Origin: Centroscyllium fabricii
Lineage: Eukaryota
Reading direction: 5' to 3'
Length of the DNA stretch: 64,000 nucleotides
Assembly (NCBI GenBank): GCA_051313645.2
Contig: JBNRSN020000007.1
Span: 87,792,001-87,856,000 of the forward strand
The notes beneath the pieces were generated by a model. That model saw only the letters and a program-made list of their open reading frames with translations. It did not search any database and had not been told where the DNA came from. This document shows, one piece after another, positions 53,408 to 64,000 of this stretch (its first letter is position 1; each line of letters begins with the position of its first letter). The position numbers and the translations under genes are program-made.

Positions 53408-56400
53408 CATAGAAACATAGGAGCAGGAGGCCATTCGGCCCCTCGAGCCTGTTCTGCCATTTAATGAGATCATGGCTGATCATCCAAATTCAGTACACTG
53501 TCCCTGCTTTCTCCCCATATCCCTTTAGCCTTAAGACATATATCTAACTCCTTCTTGAATATATTTAATGAATTGGCCTCAACTGCCTGTGTGGTAAAGA
53601 ATTCCACAGGTTCACCACACTCTGGGTGAAGAAATTCCTCATAATCTCTGTCCTAAAAACCCCTTATCCTTAGACTGTGACCCCTGGTTCTGGACTTCCC
53701 CGCCATTGGGAACATCCTTCCTGCATCTAGTTTGTCTCGTCCTGTTAGAATTTTATAAGTTTCAATGAGATCCCCTCTCATTCTTCTAAACTCCAGTGAA
53801 TATAAGCCTAATCGACCCAATCTCTCCTCGTATGTCATTCCTGCCATCCCAGGTATCAGTCTGGTGAATCTTCGCTGCACTCTCTCCATGGCAAGAACAT
53901 CCTTCCTCAGATAAGGCGACCAAAACTACACACAATACTCAAGGTGTGGTCTCACCAAGGCCCTGTTCAACTGCAGCAAGACATCCTTGCTCCTGTACTC
54001 AAACCCTCTCGCTATGAAGGCCAACATACCATTTGCCTTCTTAACCGCCTGTTGCACCTGCATGCTTACCTTCAGCAACTGATGCACAAGGACACCCAGG
54101 TCTCGTTGCGCTTTCCCTTTTCCTAAACTATTGCCGTTCAGATAATAATCTGTCTTTCTGTTTTTTGCCACCGAAGTGGATAACCTCGCATTTATCCACA
54201 TTATAGTGCATTTGCCATGCATCTGCCCAATCACCCAAACTGTCCAAATCATGCTGGAGTTTCTCGGCATCCTCCTCACAGCACACACACCCACCCAGCT
54301 TTGTGTCATCTGCAAACCTGGAGATAGTACATCTAGTTCCCTCGTCAAGATCATTTATATGCATTGTGAATAGCTGGGGTCCTAGCACCGATCCCTGCGG
54401 TACCCCACTAGTCACTGCCTGCCACTTGGAAAAAGACCCATTTATTCCAACTCTTTGCTTCCTGTCTGCCAACCAGTTCTCTATCCAAGACAGTACCTTA
54501 CCCCCAATCCCATGTGCTTTAACTTTGCATGCTAATCTCTTATGCAGGACCTTATCGAAAGCCTTCTGAAAGTCCAAATACACCACATCCACTGGTTCTC
54601 CCTTATCTATTCTACCAGTTACATCCTCAAAAAATTCCAGTAGATTAGGTAGCATGATTTACCTTTTGTAAATCCATGTTGACTTTGTCCGATCCTGTCA
54701 CTGTTTTCCAAGTTCTCTGCTATTACATCTTTTATAATGGACTCTCGCATTTTCCCCACTACCGATGTCAGGCTTTCCCCGTTTTCTCTCTACCACCTTT
54801 TTTGAATAGTGGGGTTACATTAGCTATCCTCCAATTCATGGGAACTGTTCCAGAGTCTATAGAATTTTGGAAGACCACCAGCGATGCATCTACTATTTCT
54901 AGGGCCACTTCCTGAAGTACCCGAGGATGTAGATTATCAGGTCCTGGGGATTTATCGGCCTTCAATCCCGTCAATTTTCCGAACACCATTTCTCTAAAGA
55001 GGGTGGATGAAGGGAGTACTGTGGACGTAGTGTATATGGACTTTAGCAAAGCTTTTGATAAAGTCCCACATAGGAGACTAATAACAAAGGTTAGAGCGCA
55101 CGGGATACAGGGTAACTTGGCACAGTGGATCGAAAATTGGCTGGGGGATAGGAGACAAAGGGTAATGGTAGAGGGCTGCTTCTGTGACTGGAAACCAGTA
55201 ACCAGTGGCGTCCCCCAAGGATCGGTTTTGGGACCCTTACTGTTTCTAGTATACATCAACGATTTGGATATGGGAGTAGGGGGTACGATCAGCAAATTCG
55301 CTGATGATACGAAAATCGGAAGGGTGGTAAACAACGATGAGGATAGTAAGGGGCTTCAGGAGGATATAGATATAATGGTAAATTGGGCAGAAAAATGGCA
55401 AATGGAGTTCAACCCAGAGAAATGCGAGGTCATTCAATTCGGTAGACCAAATGGGGTAAGGGAATATACCATGAACAACAAAACGTTAAATAGGACCGAG
55501 GAGCAGAGGGACCTGGGGGTACAGGTGCACAGCTCCCTGAAGGTTGCTGGACACGTTAACAAGGTGGTTAAGAAGGCATACGGAATTCTCGCCTTTATTA
55601 ACCAGGGCATAGTATACAAAAGTAGGGAGGTAATGTTAAACCTGTATAACACACTGGTGAGACCTCAGCTGGAGTACTGTGTGCAGTTCTGGTCACCGCA
55701 CTACAGGAAGGATGTGGCTGCCCTGGAGAGGGTGCAGAGAAGGTTTACCAGGATGATACCTGGTCTGGCGGACCTATGCTACGAGGAAAGGCTGGACAGG
55801 CTGGGGTTGTTTGCCTTGGAAAAAAGAAGGTGGAGGGGTGACATGATTGAGGTGTACAAGATCATGAGGGGACACGATAGGGTAGACAAAGGGGCATTGT
55901 TTCCCCTGGTGGGAGAGTCAAGCACTAGGGGACATAGATTCAAGATCAGGGGGGGGAGGTTTAGGGGGGAGGTAAGGAGAAATTTCTTTACCCAGAGGGT
56001 GGTGGAAGACTGGAACTCCCTGCCTGTGAGGGTGGTGGAGGCAGGAACCATCACAACATTTAAAAAATACTTGGACCAGCACATGAAGGACCATAACATA
56101 CAGGGTTATGGGCCAGGTGCGGGCAACTGGGGTTAGAACAGTGAGGAGTTTTTCTGGGCCGGTGCGGACTGGATGGGCCGAATGGCCCTTATCCGCACTG
56201 TAAAATTTCTATGATTCTATGATTCTATGATGAAATACTGATTTCATTCAATTCCTCCCTCTCATTAGACCGTATGTTCCTGACATCTCTGGGAGGTTAT
56301 TTGTGTCCTCCTTTGTGAAGACAGAACCAAAGTAGGTATTTAATTGGTCAGCCATTTCTTTGTTCCCCATTATAAATTCCCCTGATTCTGACTGCAAGGG

Positions 56401-56943
56401 ACCTGCGCTTGACTTCACCAATCTTTTTCTCTTCACATATCTACAGAAGCTTTCACAGTACAATCAGTTTTTATGTTCCCTGCAAGCTTACTCTCAATCT
56501 ATTTTCCCCTCTTAATTAATCCTTCTGTTCTCCTTTGCTGAATTCTAAACTGCTCACAATCCTTGCTGCTTTTTCTGGCCAAATTATATGTCCTCTCCTT
56601 GGATCTTATGTTATCCCTAATTTCCCTTGTTAGCCACGGTTGAGTCACCTTTTTTGTTTTATTTTTATGCCAAACAGGGATGAACAAATTCTGCAGTTCA
56701 TCCATGCAATCTTTAAATGTTTGCCATTGCCTATCCACCGTCAACCATTTAAGTAACGTTCCCCAATCCATCCTAGCCAACTCGTGCCTCATACCATCAC
56801 AGTTTCCTTTATTTAAATGCAGGACCCTAGTCTCTGAGTCAACTACTTCACTCTCCATTTTAATAAAGAATTCCAGCATATGATGATCACTCCTCCCCAA
56901 GGGGCCTCGCACAAGATTGCTAATTAATCCTTTCTTATTACAC
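53408..56943 (-). mobile_element. CR1 ORF2 fragment split by a younger CR1
   Basis: ORFs 53653..55334 and 56248..56912 are collinear with the 18327-21367 copy. Confidence 0.92.
54996..56232 (+). mobile_element. Young 5'-truncated CR1 with an uninterrupted 377-codon RT/C-terminal ORF
   Basis: ORF 55003..56136 has [21 protein letters not shown] and FADD. (ATTCTATG)n tail. Confidence 0.95.
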
Positions 56944-58235
56944 CTGTCTACTTAACTCTCTTCCTTTAAGATGCTCTCTAAAACCGACCTCTTTCTAATA
57001 TCTCATGTAGCTCAGTGTCAAATTTTGTTAGATAACGTTCCTGTGAAGTGCCTTGGGACATTTTACTACGTTAAAGGCGCTATATAAATGCAAGTTGTTA
57101 TTGTTGAATACAAAGGAGTGGAAGTTATGTTACAGCTGTAGAGCGCTCTGGTTAGACCCCATTTAGAATACTGTGTTCAGTTCTGGGCACCTCACCTCAG
57201 GAAGGCTTTATTGGTCTTGATGGGGGGATGCAGCACAGATTCACCAGAATGATACCGGGGCTAAAAGGGTTAAATTATGAGGACAGATTGCATAGATTAG
57301 GCTTGTATTTCCTTGAATATAGCAGATTAAGGGATAAACTAATTGAGGTGTTTAAAACGAGTTGATAAGGTAGCGATAAACTACTCTGGTGAGGGAGTCC
57401 AGAACAAGAGGGCAGAGCATTAAAATTAGAGCTAGGCCATTCAGGGATGATGTCAGATAGCACCTCTTCAGACGAAGGGTAGTGGAAATCTAGAACTCTC
57501 TCCCCCAAAAATCTGTTGAGGCTAAGTCAATGGAAAATTTCAAAACTTGAGATTGATAGATTTTTGTTAGGCAAGGGTATTAAGGATTCCGGAACCAAGA
57601 CAGTTAGATGGAGTTAAGATACGGATCAGCCATGATTTAATTTAATTAAATGGTAGAACAGAATCGAGGGGCTGAATGTCCTACCCCTGTTCCTATGAAT
57701 GGCATGGTAAAGTTCAGAAGTTATATATAATTTACAACCTACCCTGGTTGTAAACAGAGGATAGAGAGGAGACAATAAGAGATAGAGTTCAAAGTAAAAG
57801 TCAGAGGTCCCGTGTTGGGCTGGGCTGAAGTTAACTTGTCGATAGGGTGGAGTCAGCTTGGAGCATCGATGAACTGATGTCCAGGTTTTGAGACAGTGTG
57901 GAGGGCGAATAAGTCCAGGAGCTGATTGATGGGCTGATTATTAGTGGGTGCACTGCTGAAGGTTTTCCATAGAAATTGGAGAGCAGAGAAGGTGTGGAGA
58001 GTTGACAATGAGTCAGCATAGGTTGAATCAGGGGACCCCCCCAGAGGTGAATAGTGGTCTCGATGATCAGTAGTGTACACCAGCAAATCCAGTATACAGA
58101 TGGGGGAATAAATGTAATCAGCGGCAAAGCCAAGGTCATTTGGAGGCAGTGGTGTAGAATCCAGAGCAGGATGGGAACCAACAGGAACATATCAGAGCGA
58201 GCTCAGCATAATGAAAAGTTCCCAAAGCTGAGCAG

Positions 58236-58356
58236 CAATGTACCCCGTTATTTTTTTTGGGGTGCACGTCCCCTTTAAGGGGCTGCGCGTCCCAATTTAA
58301 CATCTGCGCGGGACCAGTAGAGAGCTGTGCAGCCACACAGCTTAGACGGAAAATTG
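58236..58356. mobile_element. Degenerate copy of the hAT-type MITE at 12240
   Basis: CAATGTACCC...GGAAAATTG ends and a similar interior. No clear TSD. Confidence 0.45.
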
Positions 58357-58489
58357 ATTGGTTGAAAACTCAGGACATCGGAGCAGGCCAGGCACTAGAA
58401 CAGAGACGGGCCAGCAGAGAATACGGTCTCTGCAGAAAACGGCAGCGAAGGTGGAGGTCACTATAAGCTCCAGAAGCCAGTGGAAAAAA

Positions 58490-60015
58490 TGACTTTCTTT
58501 ATCAAAGTCGTTGCCTCCAAAATCTACGCCCATCTTTCCTGCAACTTCCTGTTTAAATTCTCCCCATCTGGGTTTCACCTGGCTACAGCAGAGATGGTCC
58601 GAATCAAAGTCACAAATGACATCCTCTATGACTATGACCATAATGCAATTTCCTTCCTCAACTTTTCTGCAGTCTTTGACACAATCAACCACACCATCCT
58701 CCTCCAATGTCTCTCCTCTGTTGTCCAACTCAGTGGGACTAACCTCACATGGTACCATTCTTGCATATCAAATCGTAGCAAGAGCATCTCCAACAATGGC
58801 TTCTCCTCCCACCGCATTATCTCTGGAGTCTCCCAAGGATCTATGCTTGGCCTCCACCTTTTCCTTATCTAAATAATGCCCTTGGTGGCATCATTGGAAG
58901 ATATGTGGTCACCTTCCACTTATAGGACGATGACAACCAGCTCTTCCTCTCCTCCATCTCTCTTGACCCCTTCACTGCCTGTGTTAGACTGCTTGTATGA
59001 CATCCAGTCCTGAATAAGTTGCAGTTTCCTCCAGCATTGGGAAGATGCCATTGTCTTTGGCCCCTGCCACAAACTCTGTACCCTTGCTACTGACACCCCT
59101 TCCCTGGCCATGGTTTGCAACTTTGGTGTCCTATTTGACCCCGAACTGAGCTTCCGACCCCATTTCCTCTCCATCACAAAGGCCACCTATTTCCTTCTCT
59201 CAGGCCCTGCCTCAGTCAATCTGCTGCTGAATCTCTCATCCACACCATAACTATTCCAAAGCTCTATTGTCCAGCCTATCGTCCATGCTCCATCTTCAGT
59301 TCATCTAAAATTCTGCCACCTGCATCCTATCCCGCACCAAGTCCCATTTACCAGTCACTCCTGTTCTTGTTGAACAACATTGGCTCCCAGTTATCCAGCC
59401 TCACCCCCACCTCCAAACTCTCCATTATTCCAACTCTGGCTTCTTGCACAACCATCCCTAAGCTCTATTGTTGCAGTCACTCGTCACCTCTGTACTCAAT
59501 TCCTCCAATATCCTACTTGGAAGTTTCCCATCCTCTACAAACTCGAACTTGGCCAAAACTGAATTGACAGTGTCATGTTCCACTCAGTCATAAACCTTGT
59601 CCTCACTAACTTACATTGGCTCTTTGTCTCCTCATGTATTGAATTCCTTAACCTCAAATCCATCCAGGGCCTCACTCCATTCTGTTTCTGCCTCCTCCTT
59701 CTCAAACTAGTTCCCCATCTAGTCTTCTGCCTCTGGTCTTTAAACATATCCTTCTACCTTTTACTACTGATTGCAGAGATTTTAGGGGCTTCAGCTCAGT
59801 TCTCTGCAATTCCCTCCCTAAATCCCTCCATATGACCTCTTCTACCCGACTTTCAAAAATCTTAAAATCCATCTTTTCAACGAGCTTTCGGTCACCCTTC
59901 TATCTCACCCAGCATAGCTCTCGGTCCATTCCTTTTATCCCTTCCTTATTTTTTTCCTCCTTCCATTTTCCTTTGTAAATTGTCATTAAAGCTGCTGTAT
60001 GAATGCAAGTTGTTG
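58490..60015 (+). mobile_element. Degraded L2 LINE (RT to 3' end)
   Basis: SAVFDTINHTILL and GVSQGSMLG. GCTGTATGAATGCAAGTTGTTG tail. Confidence 0.78.
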
Positions 60016-60439
60016 TGTTGCAGTCCAGTTCTTTCAAAGGAAGTGGCAGCAGTGAAGTTCAGACAAAAAGTAAACTTCCAAGTGCTGTGAGTTGGAGAGG
60101 GGTCGATCAAGCTGCAAAACTGAGCAATATCATACCAAAGTTAAACAGGTAACATCCTTCCTCATTTACTACAACCTCCACAATAGAATCACTAAAATAA
60201 TACAGAAAACGGAGGTGGACAATTGGAAATTAATTTGAGGTAAGCCTGGAGCACAGAAGCATTTGTCAGTTTTGACAATCCCATTACATCTATAAAACCA
60301 CATTCTTCATGTCCCAGTTTCAAATGCTCACCTGTCGATACTGTTGCAGAAGCTGGTGTACAGCCAGCAATGCACATGATGGAACAGTTTAATACCAAAG
60401 GTAAGTCGATGATTTTGTACTTTTCGGTTTATAAAAGTT

Positions 60440-62367
60440 AAAAGATTCAGTTGCAATATTTATTAACCGAAGAATCCCAAAATCTGTACTGAACAACGTC
60501 TGAGGAACAGATATGAAACTAGAAAAGTCTGCCCTCAATATAAACAATCTGTAAACATGTAAATATGTTATTTGCTTCCAAAAGGCAGAAATAAAAACTA
60601 AGAGCAATGAACACTGCACAAGTATTACCTTTACCTGAGATTTACAACAATGTTCATAACATACAAAATATACTAAACAGCTTTCCAGCCATTTAAGTGT
60701 AAAATTTTGGTTCTCAAAATCCTGACATTTCAATACAAAACTGCATTCCAAACTGTAGTTTTAGTTGGTCATTTACAACACACATAAGATGTTACAAAAT
60801 TGTGACATGCACATCACAAAATTTAACAGATATAGTCAAATTCCTTTGTCTGATCATAATCATCAAAACACTAACCATGATATATTTTTTGCCAAAATTT
60901 CCCCCTCACCCAAAGGCACTGACCTATTGGTACAGTTTTATGGATAGCAACCATACTCCAGTACTTAACCAAGCGGCAGTTCTTCATAGTAAGCCCAGTC
61001 AGTAACTGGTAGCAGGATATTTGACTCCAGAGACCATCATGGTCAATCCAGTTCTCACCCAGTGGCCACACATGTGGTTTCCAGTGGGTGTCACTGGATA
61101 GAGAGCGGAGCAGGAATTCCTAGCTCGTGACACTGAGATCAGCTAAGTACAGATTGGGAAAGATGATGGGGCCACCTAGTTGTTAAGGTTTAGAACTGCA
61201 CAAGGTAGCGTCTTTACCCACCAAACCACTGGGATACTATCATGATATAGAAACAGAAATCAAATTAAGGACACATTTATACAAGAAGGATCTATACATT
61301 TTCAGAAGAGAAATATTCAGTTATTCATTCAAGACTGGTACAAATGGAAACTGTTAGCTAAAATTTCTCACTGTTTATGATGGCACGTTTTCGGAGAGTA
61401 TACTAAGTACTTGAAATTACTTATGGTCTTAAGTATTTTTTTCTTCCATTTTTCAACACTTTTTTGCATTTTGAATCTGGGAGGGACAGCTGAAGGGTCG
61501 CTCTTTTGTCTCCCTATCGTTTTTCCATTTTCATTCACTTTCTACTTCCTTGTTGACTGCACCCACAAATTAACATAAAATTGGGCAGATGAATATCCAT
61601 CCTCCCCAAAATAGGTGGGAATCTTAATTCATCCACTGGTCCATCAGCTCAAAGTGCAATATTCTCTGTTCAGCATCGAACTGGGTCGAGCTTTGATCAG
61701 TTGCCCATGCTTTTTAGCAAGATATCGTGACAAATTTAAAAAAATCAGATGACCTAAATTGCCAGACCAATAACAATAGAGAGCTATAGGCAATGAAATA
61801 AAATCAGCAGGATCACTATTTGGGGTCTGTGCCTCTTCAAATCTGGATACAAATAAACATTTCCTGAAAAAGTAACAGAACTAATATTTGTTTTTTCACC
61901 TGTTCAGAATAGCCTTTTAAAGCTGTGATATTGAAGTCTATGATACACAATCACTGATAGTGCGCATTCTTTAGGGCTGCCTCATGACCAGAACACAAAT
62001 TCCCAAACTTCTTTTACACAGAACTTTTGTACAGCTTCCAGGAGCAGCCTTGTATACAGAATCTAATGTATTTTGTATGAAGCAGTTTGTTACTGGATTT
62101 TGCATTTGCTCTCCATTTTATACAGGATTACTATCCATCTGTACCACCATAAAAGTGTATTGTGGGAATATGGCAAATAAATTACTCATGCTCTGCTCAA
62201 ATAATCCAATGTGAAGTCCTGTGATGTCACAGTAGCATCAGTCAATAAAATCCGCCTCCATCTCAGGGATTATCCACAACTGAGTTGGTGCCTCCCACTC
62301 TTGCCAACCACAACAGATTTTACTGTTATGATCAGCTCTTTATATCCGATTCTGTATCACATTGTGT
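60440..62367 (-). other. TAF1: Probable TAF1 3' UTR; candidate AATAAA at 60459-60464
   Basis: AT-rich, repeat-poor DNA downstream of the stop codon. The true 3' end is uncertain. Confidence 0.4.
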
Positions 62368-62590
62368 TCAGCTCTCTGTATCCGATTCTATATCACTGTC
62401 CCCTCCAATGGAGTGGAATTCCTCACTGTCCTCCTCGTCTTCACTCAGTTGAACCTCATTAAGAACACTTGGTCCATGCCTCTGTTCCTCATCTTCTTCC
62501 TCCTCTGACAGCTCGTAATCACCTCCTCCACTGCTGAAGGTTGTATCACGAGTGTTGGACTTCAGCTCAGTTTCTTCATAGCTCTCATAG
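62368..62590 (-). CDS. TAF1: TAF1 (TFIID subunit 1) last coding exon
   Basis: ccccag| acceptor. [20 protein letters not shown]...[28 protein letters not shown] matches the acidic TAF1 C-terminus. TAF1 lies upstream of OGT on the same strand in mammals. Confidence 0.92.
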
Positions 62591-63000
62591 CTGGGGAAAG
62601 AATTGCATTCACTGTTCAGTGAAAAATGATTTAATTGAACCATGAAGCAACCAGAGTAATGTTGGACCCAATGAAACGACATAATACTTACACTTATACA
62701 GTGCCTTTCAAGATGAAACGTAGAGCACGTCACAAAATGAATTAGTGTCGGAATTTGTTATATACCACTTTCTGGTCAAACAGCACGGTCACTACATATC
62801 CTCCAGTGCCTTCACAGTTACTTCTGATATACCCCAAAACTCCCATCCTTGGACCCTTCCTATTCAATATCTACATGCTACCCCTCAGCAATGTCATGCA
62901 CAAGTATGTCAGCTTCCACATGAATACCAAGGTGGACTTCAGGATAGTTGCTGTACCAGATGATTGCATGCTGAACATCAAGTTACATTGAAACTTACTA

Positions 63001-63733
63001 CAGGTTGAGCACCGTTAATCCGGCACGGGCGGGACCAGGCCCGTACCGGGAAAATGAAAATCCCGAACGAGTGAAGTGTCGGTGAGCGCATGCGCAGACC
63101 ATTCAAAATGGCCACCGCGAAAGGCTGGTGGCCATTTTGAGTGGTCTGTGCATGCGCTTGTCGTTCGGGGAGGCCCGGGATCGGCTCCGAGAGGCCCGGC
63201 GAGGTTGGCTCGGAGGCGCGAGGCTGTGCTCCGAGAGGCTGGGCTGGGTTCGGAGAGGTTGGGCGGTGCTCGGAGAGGCGAGGCTGAGCTCGGAGAGGCT
63301 GAGCGGGGCTCGGAGAGGCTGGGCGGGGCTCGGAGAGGCGAGGCTGGGCTTGGAGAGGCTGGATGGGGCTTGGAGAGGCTGGACGGGGCTCGGAGAGGCG
63401 AGGCTCGGTGAGGCGAGGCTGCGCTCGGAGAGGCGAGGCTGGGCTGGGAGAGGCTGGGCGAGGCTCGGAGAGGTGAGGCTGGGCTGGGCTCGGAGAGGCT
63501 GGGCGGGGCTGGGTTCGGAGAGGCGAGGCTGGGCGGGGCTGGGTTCGGAGAGGCTGGGCTCAGAGGGCCAGTGAATGATCTGCGCATGCGCTCACCGTTT
63601 GGCGGCGCATGCGCAGATCAGTCACCGAAGCATCAATTGCGGCGGCCATTATGCGCGGCGCAGTCGGGGAAATTATTGCCGGACGTTTGAAGCTGCCGGT
63701 TGTTTGGGTAACGGATTACTGGTGCTCAACCTG
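63001..63733. mobile_element. Family A MITE in the last TAF1 intron, with a G-rich minisatellite
   Basis: TA|CAGGTTGAGCACC...GGTGCTCAACCTG|TA. Confidence 0.9.
63180..63570 (+). repeat. Minisatellite of GGCTCGGAGAGGC(GA/TG)-type units
   Basis: Many degenerate 20-25 bp units. Explains the low-complexity ORFs at this position. Confidence 0.88.
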
Positions 63734-64000
63734 TATTACTCAAAGTTGAACACTAATCTAGGAAATTTACACTGATCAGAAAAGAACTGGGTCTAGTGAA
63801 ATAATTGAGATGTCTTTATCCTGGCTAATTTCTGAGTTTTGTTTAAATGTTATCTGTATATGAGAACATCTGCAACTACAGTACAACACTGAAAAATAAA
63901 AAGCAAATGATAGTATATTTTAATTGAACAAATATTAGTTGATCTGTGGCATTGCTTACAATCTTTTTCAAGTACAATGTTTTTATGCCTTTGTTACCTC

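Larger units (their letters stand above)
52770..57700 (+). mobile_element. CR1 host split into 52770-53152 and ~57103-57700 by nested insertions
   Basis: ...MLAFISRG stops at 53152, and [28 protein letters not shown] resumes at ~57105. Confidence 0.75.

Noticed and set aside
54768-55334. Novel chimeric RT protein
   Set aside because: An antisense reading of one CR1 runs into its host CR1 across the insertion junction.
63015-63587. 190-aa Ser/Pro repeat ORF and opposite-strand ORFs
   Set aside because: They lie inside a TIR-bounded MITE minisatellite and have no gene context.

Overview
Vertebrate genomic DNA, probably from a cartilaginous fish, judging by the CR1/L2/V-SINE/Deu-SINE/Penelope repeat content. 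The minus strand carries the 5' part of O-GlcNAc transferase (OGT). Coding exons 1-13 run from 41629 to the window start, with GT-AG junctions and consistent phases, and exon 13 is cut by the window edge. A CpG-rich promoter lies at about 41.5-42.3 kb. Upstream and on the same strand is the last coding exon of TAF1 (62368-62590), matching the mammalian TAF1-OGT order. Much of the rest is transposon-derived: CR1 LINEs (one near-complete ORF2 and one four-layer nest), L2 LINEs, tRNA-derived SINEs, a decayed Gypsy LTR element, Tc1/pogo-like and hAT MITEs, and four short Penelope-like insertions carrying hammerhead motifs. Main leads: (1) dense A>G hypermutation confined to the palindromic arms of a Penelope-like insert in OGT intron 4; (2) candidate decoy/poison exons in OGT intron 4; (3) a strong in-frame acceptor in intron 6 that predicts a TPR-only OGT isoform or a poison exon; (4) a Gypsy PBS position that is complementary to the element's own LTR poly(A) signal instead of to a tRNA. 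All of these were read by eye and are unvalidated hypotheses.
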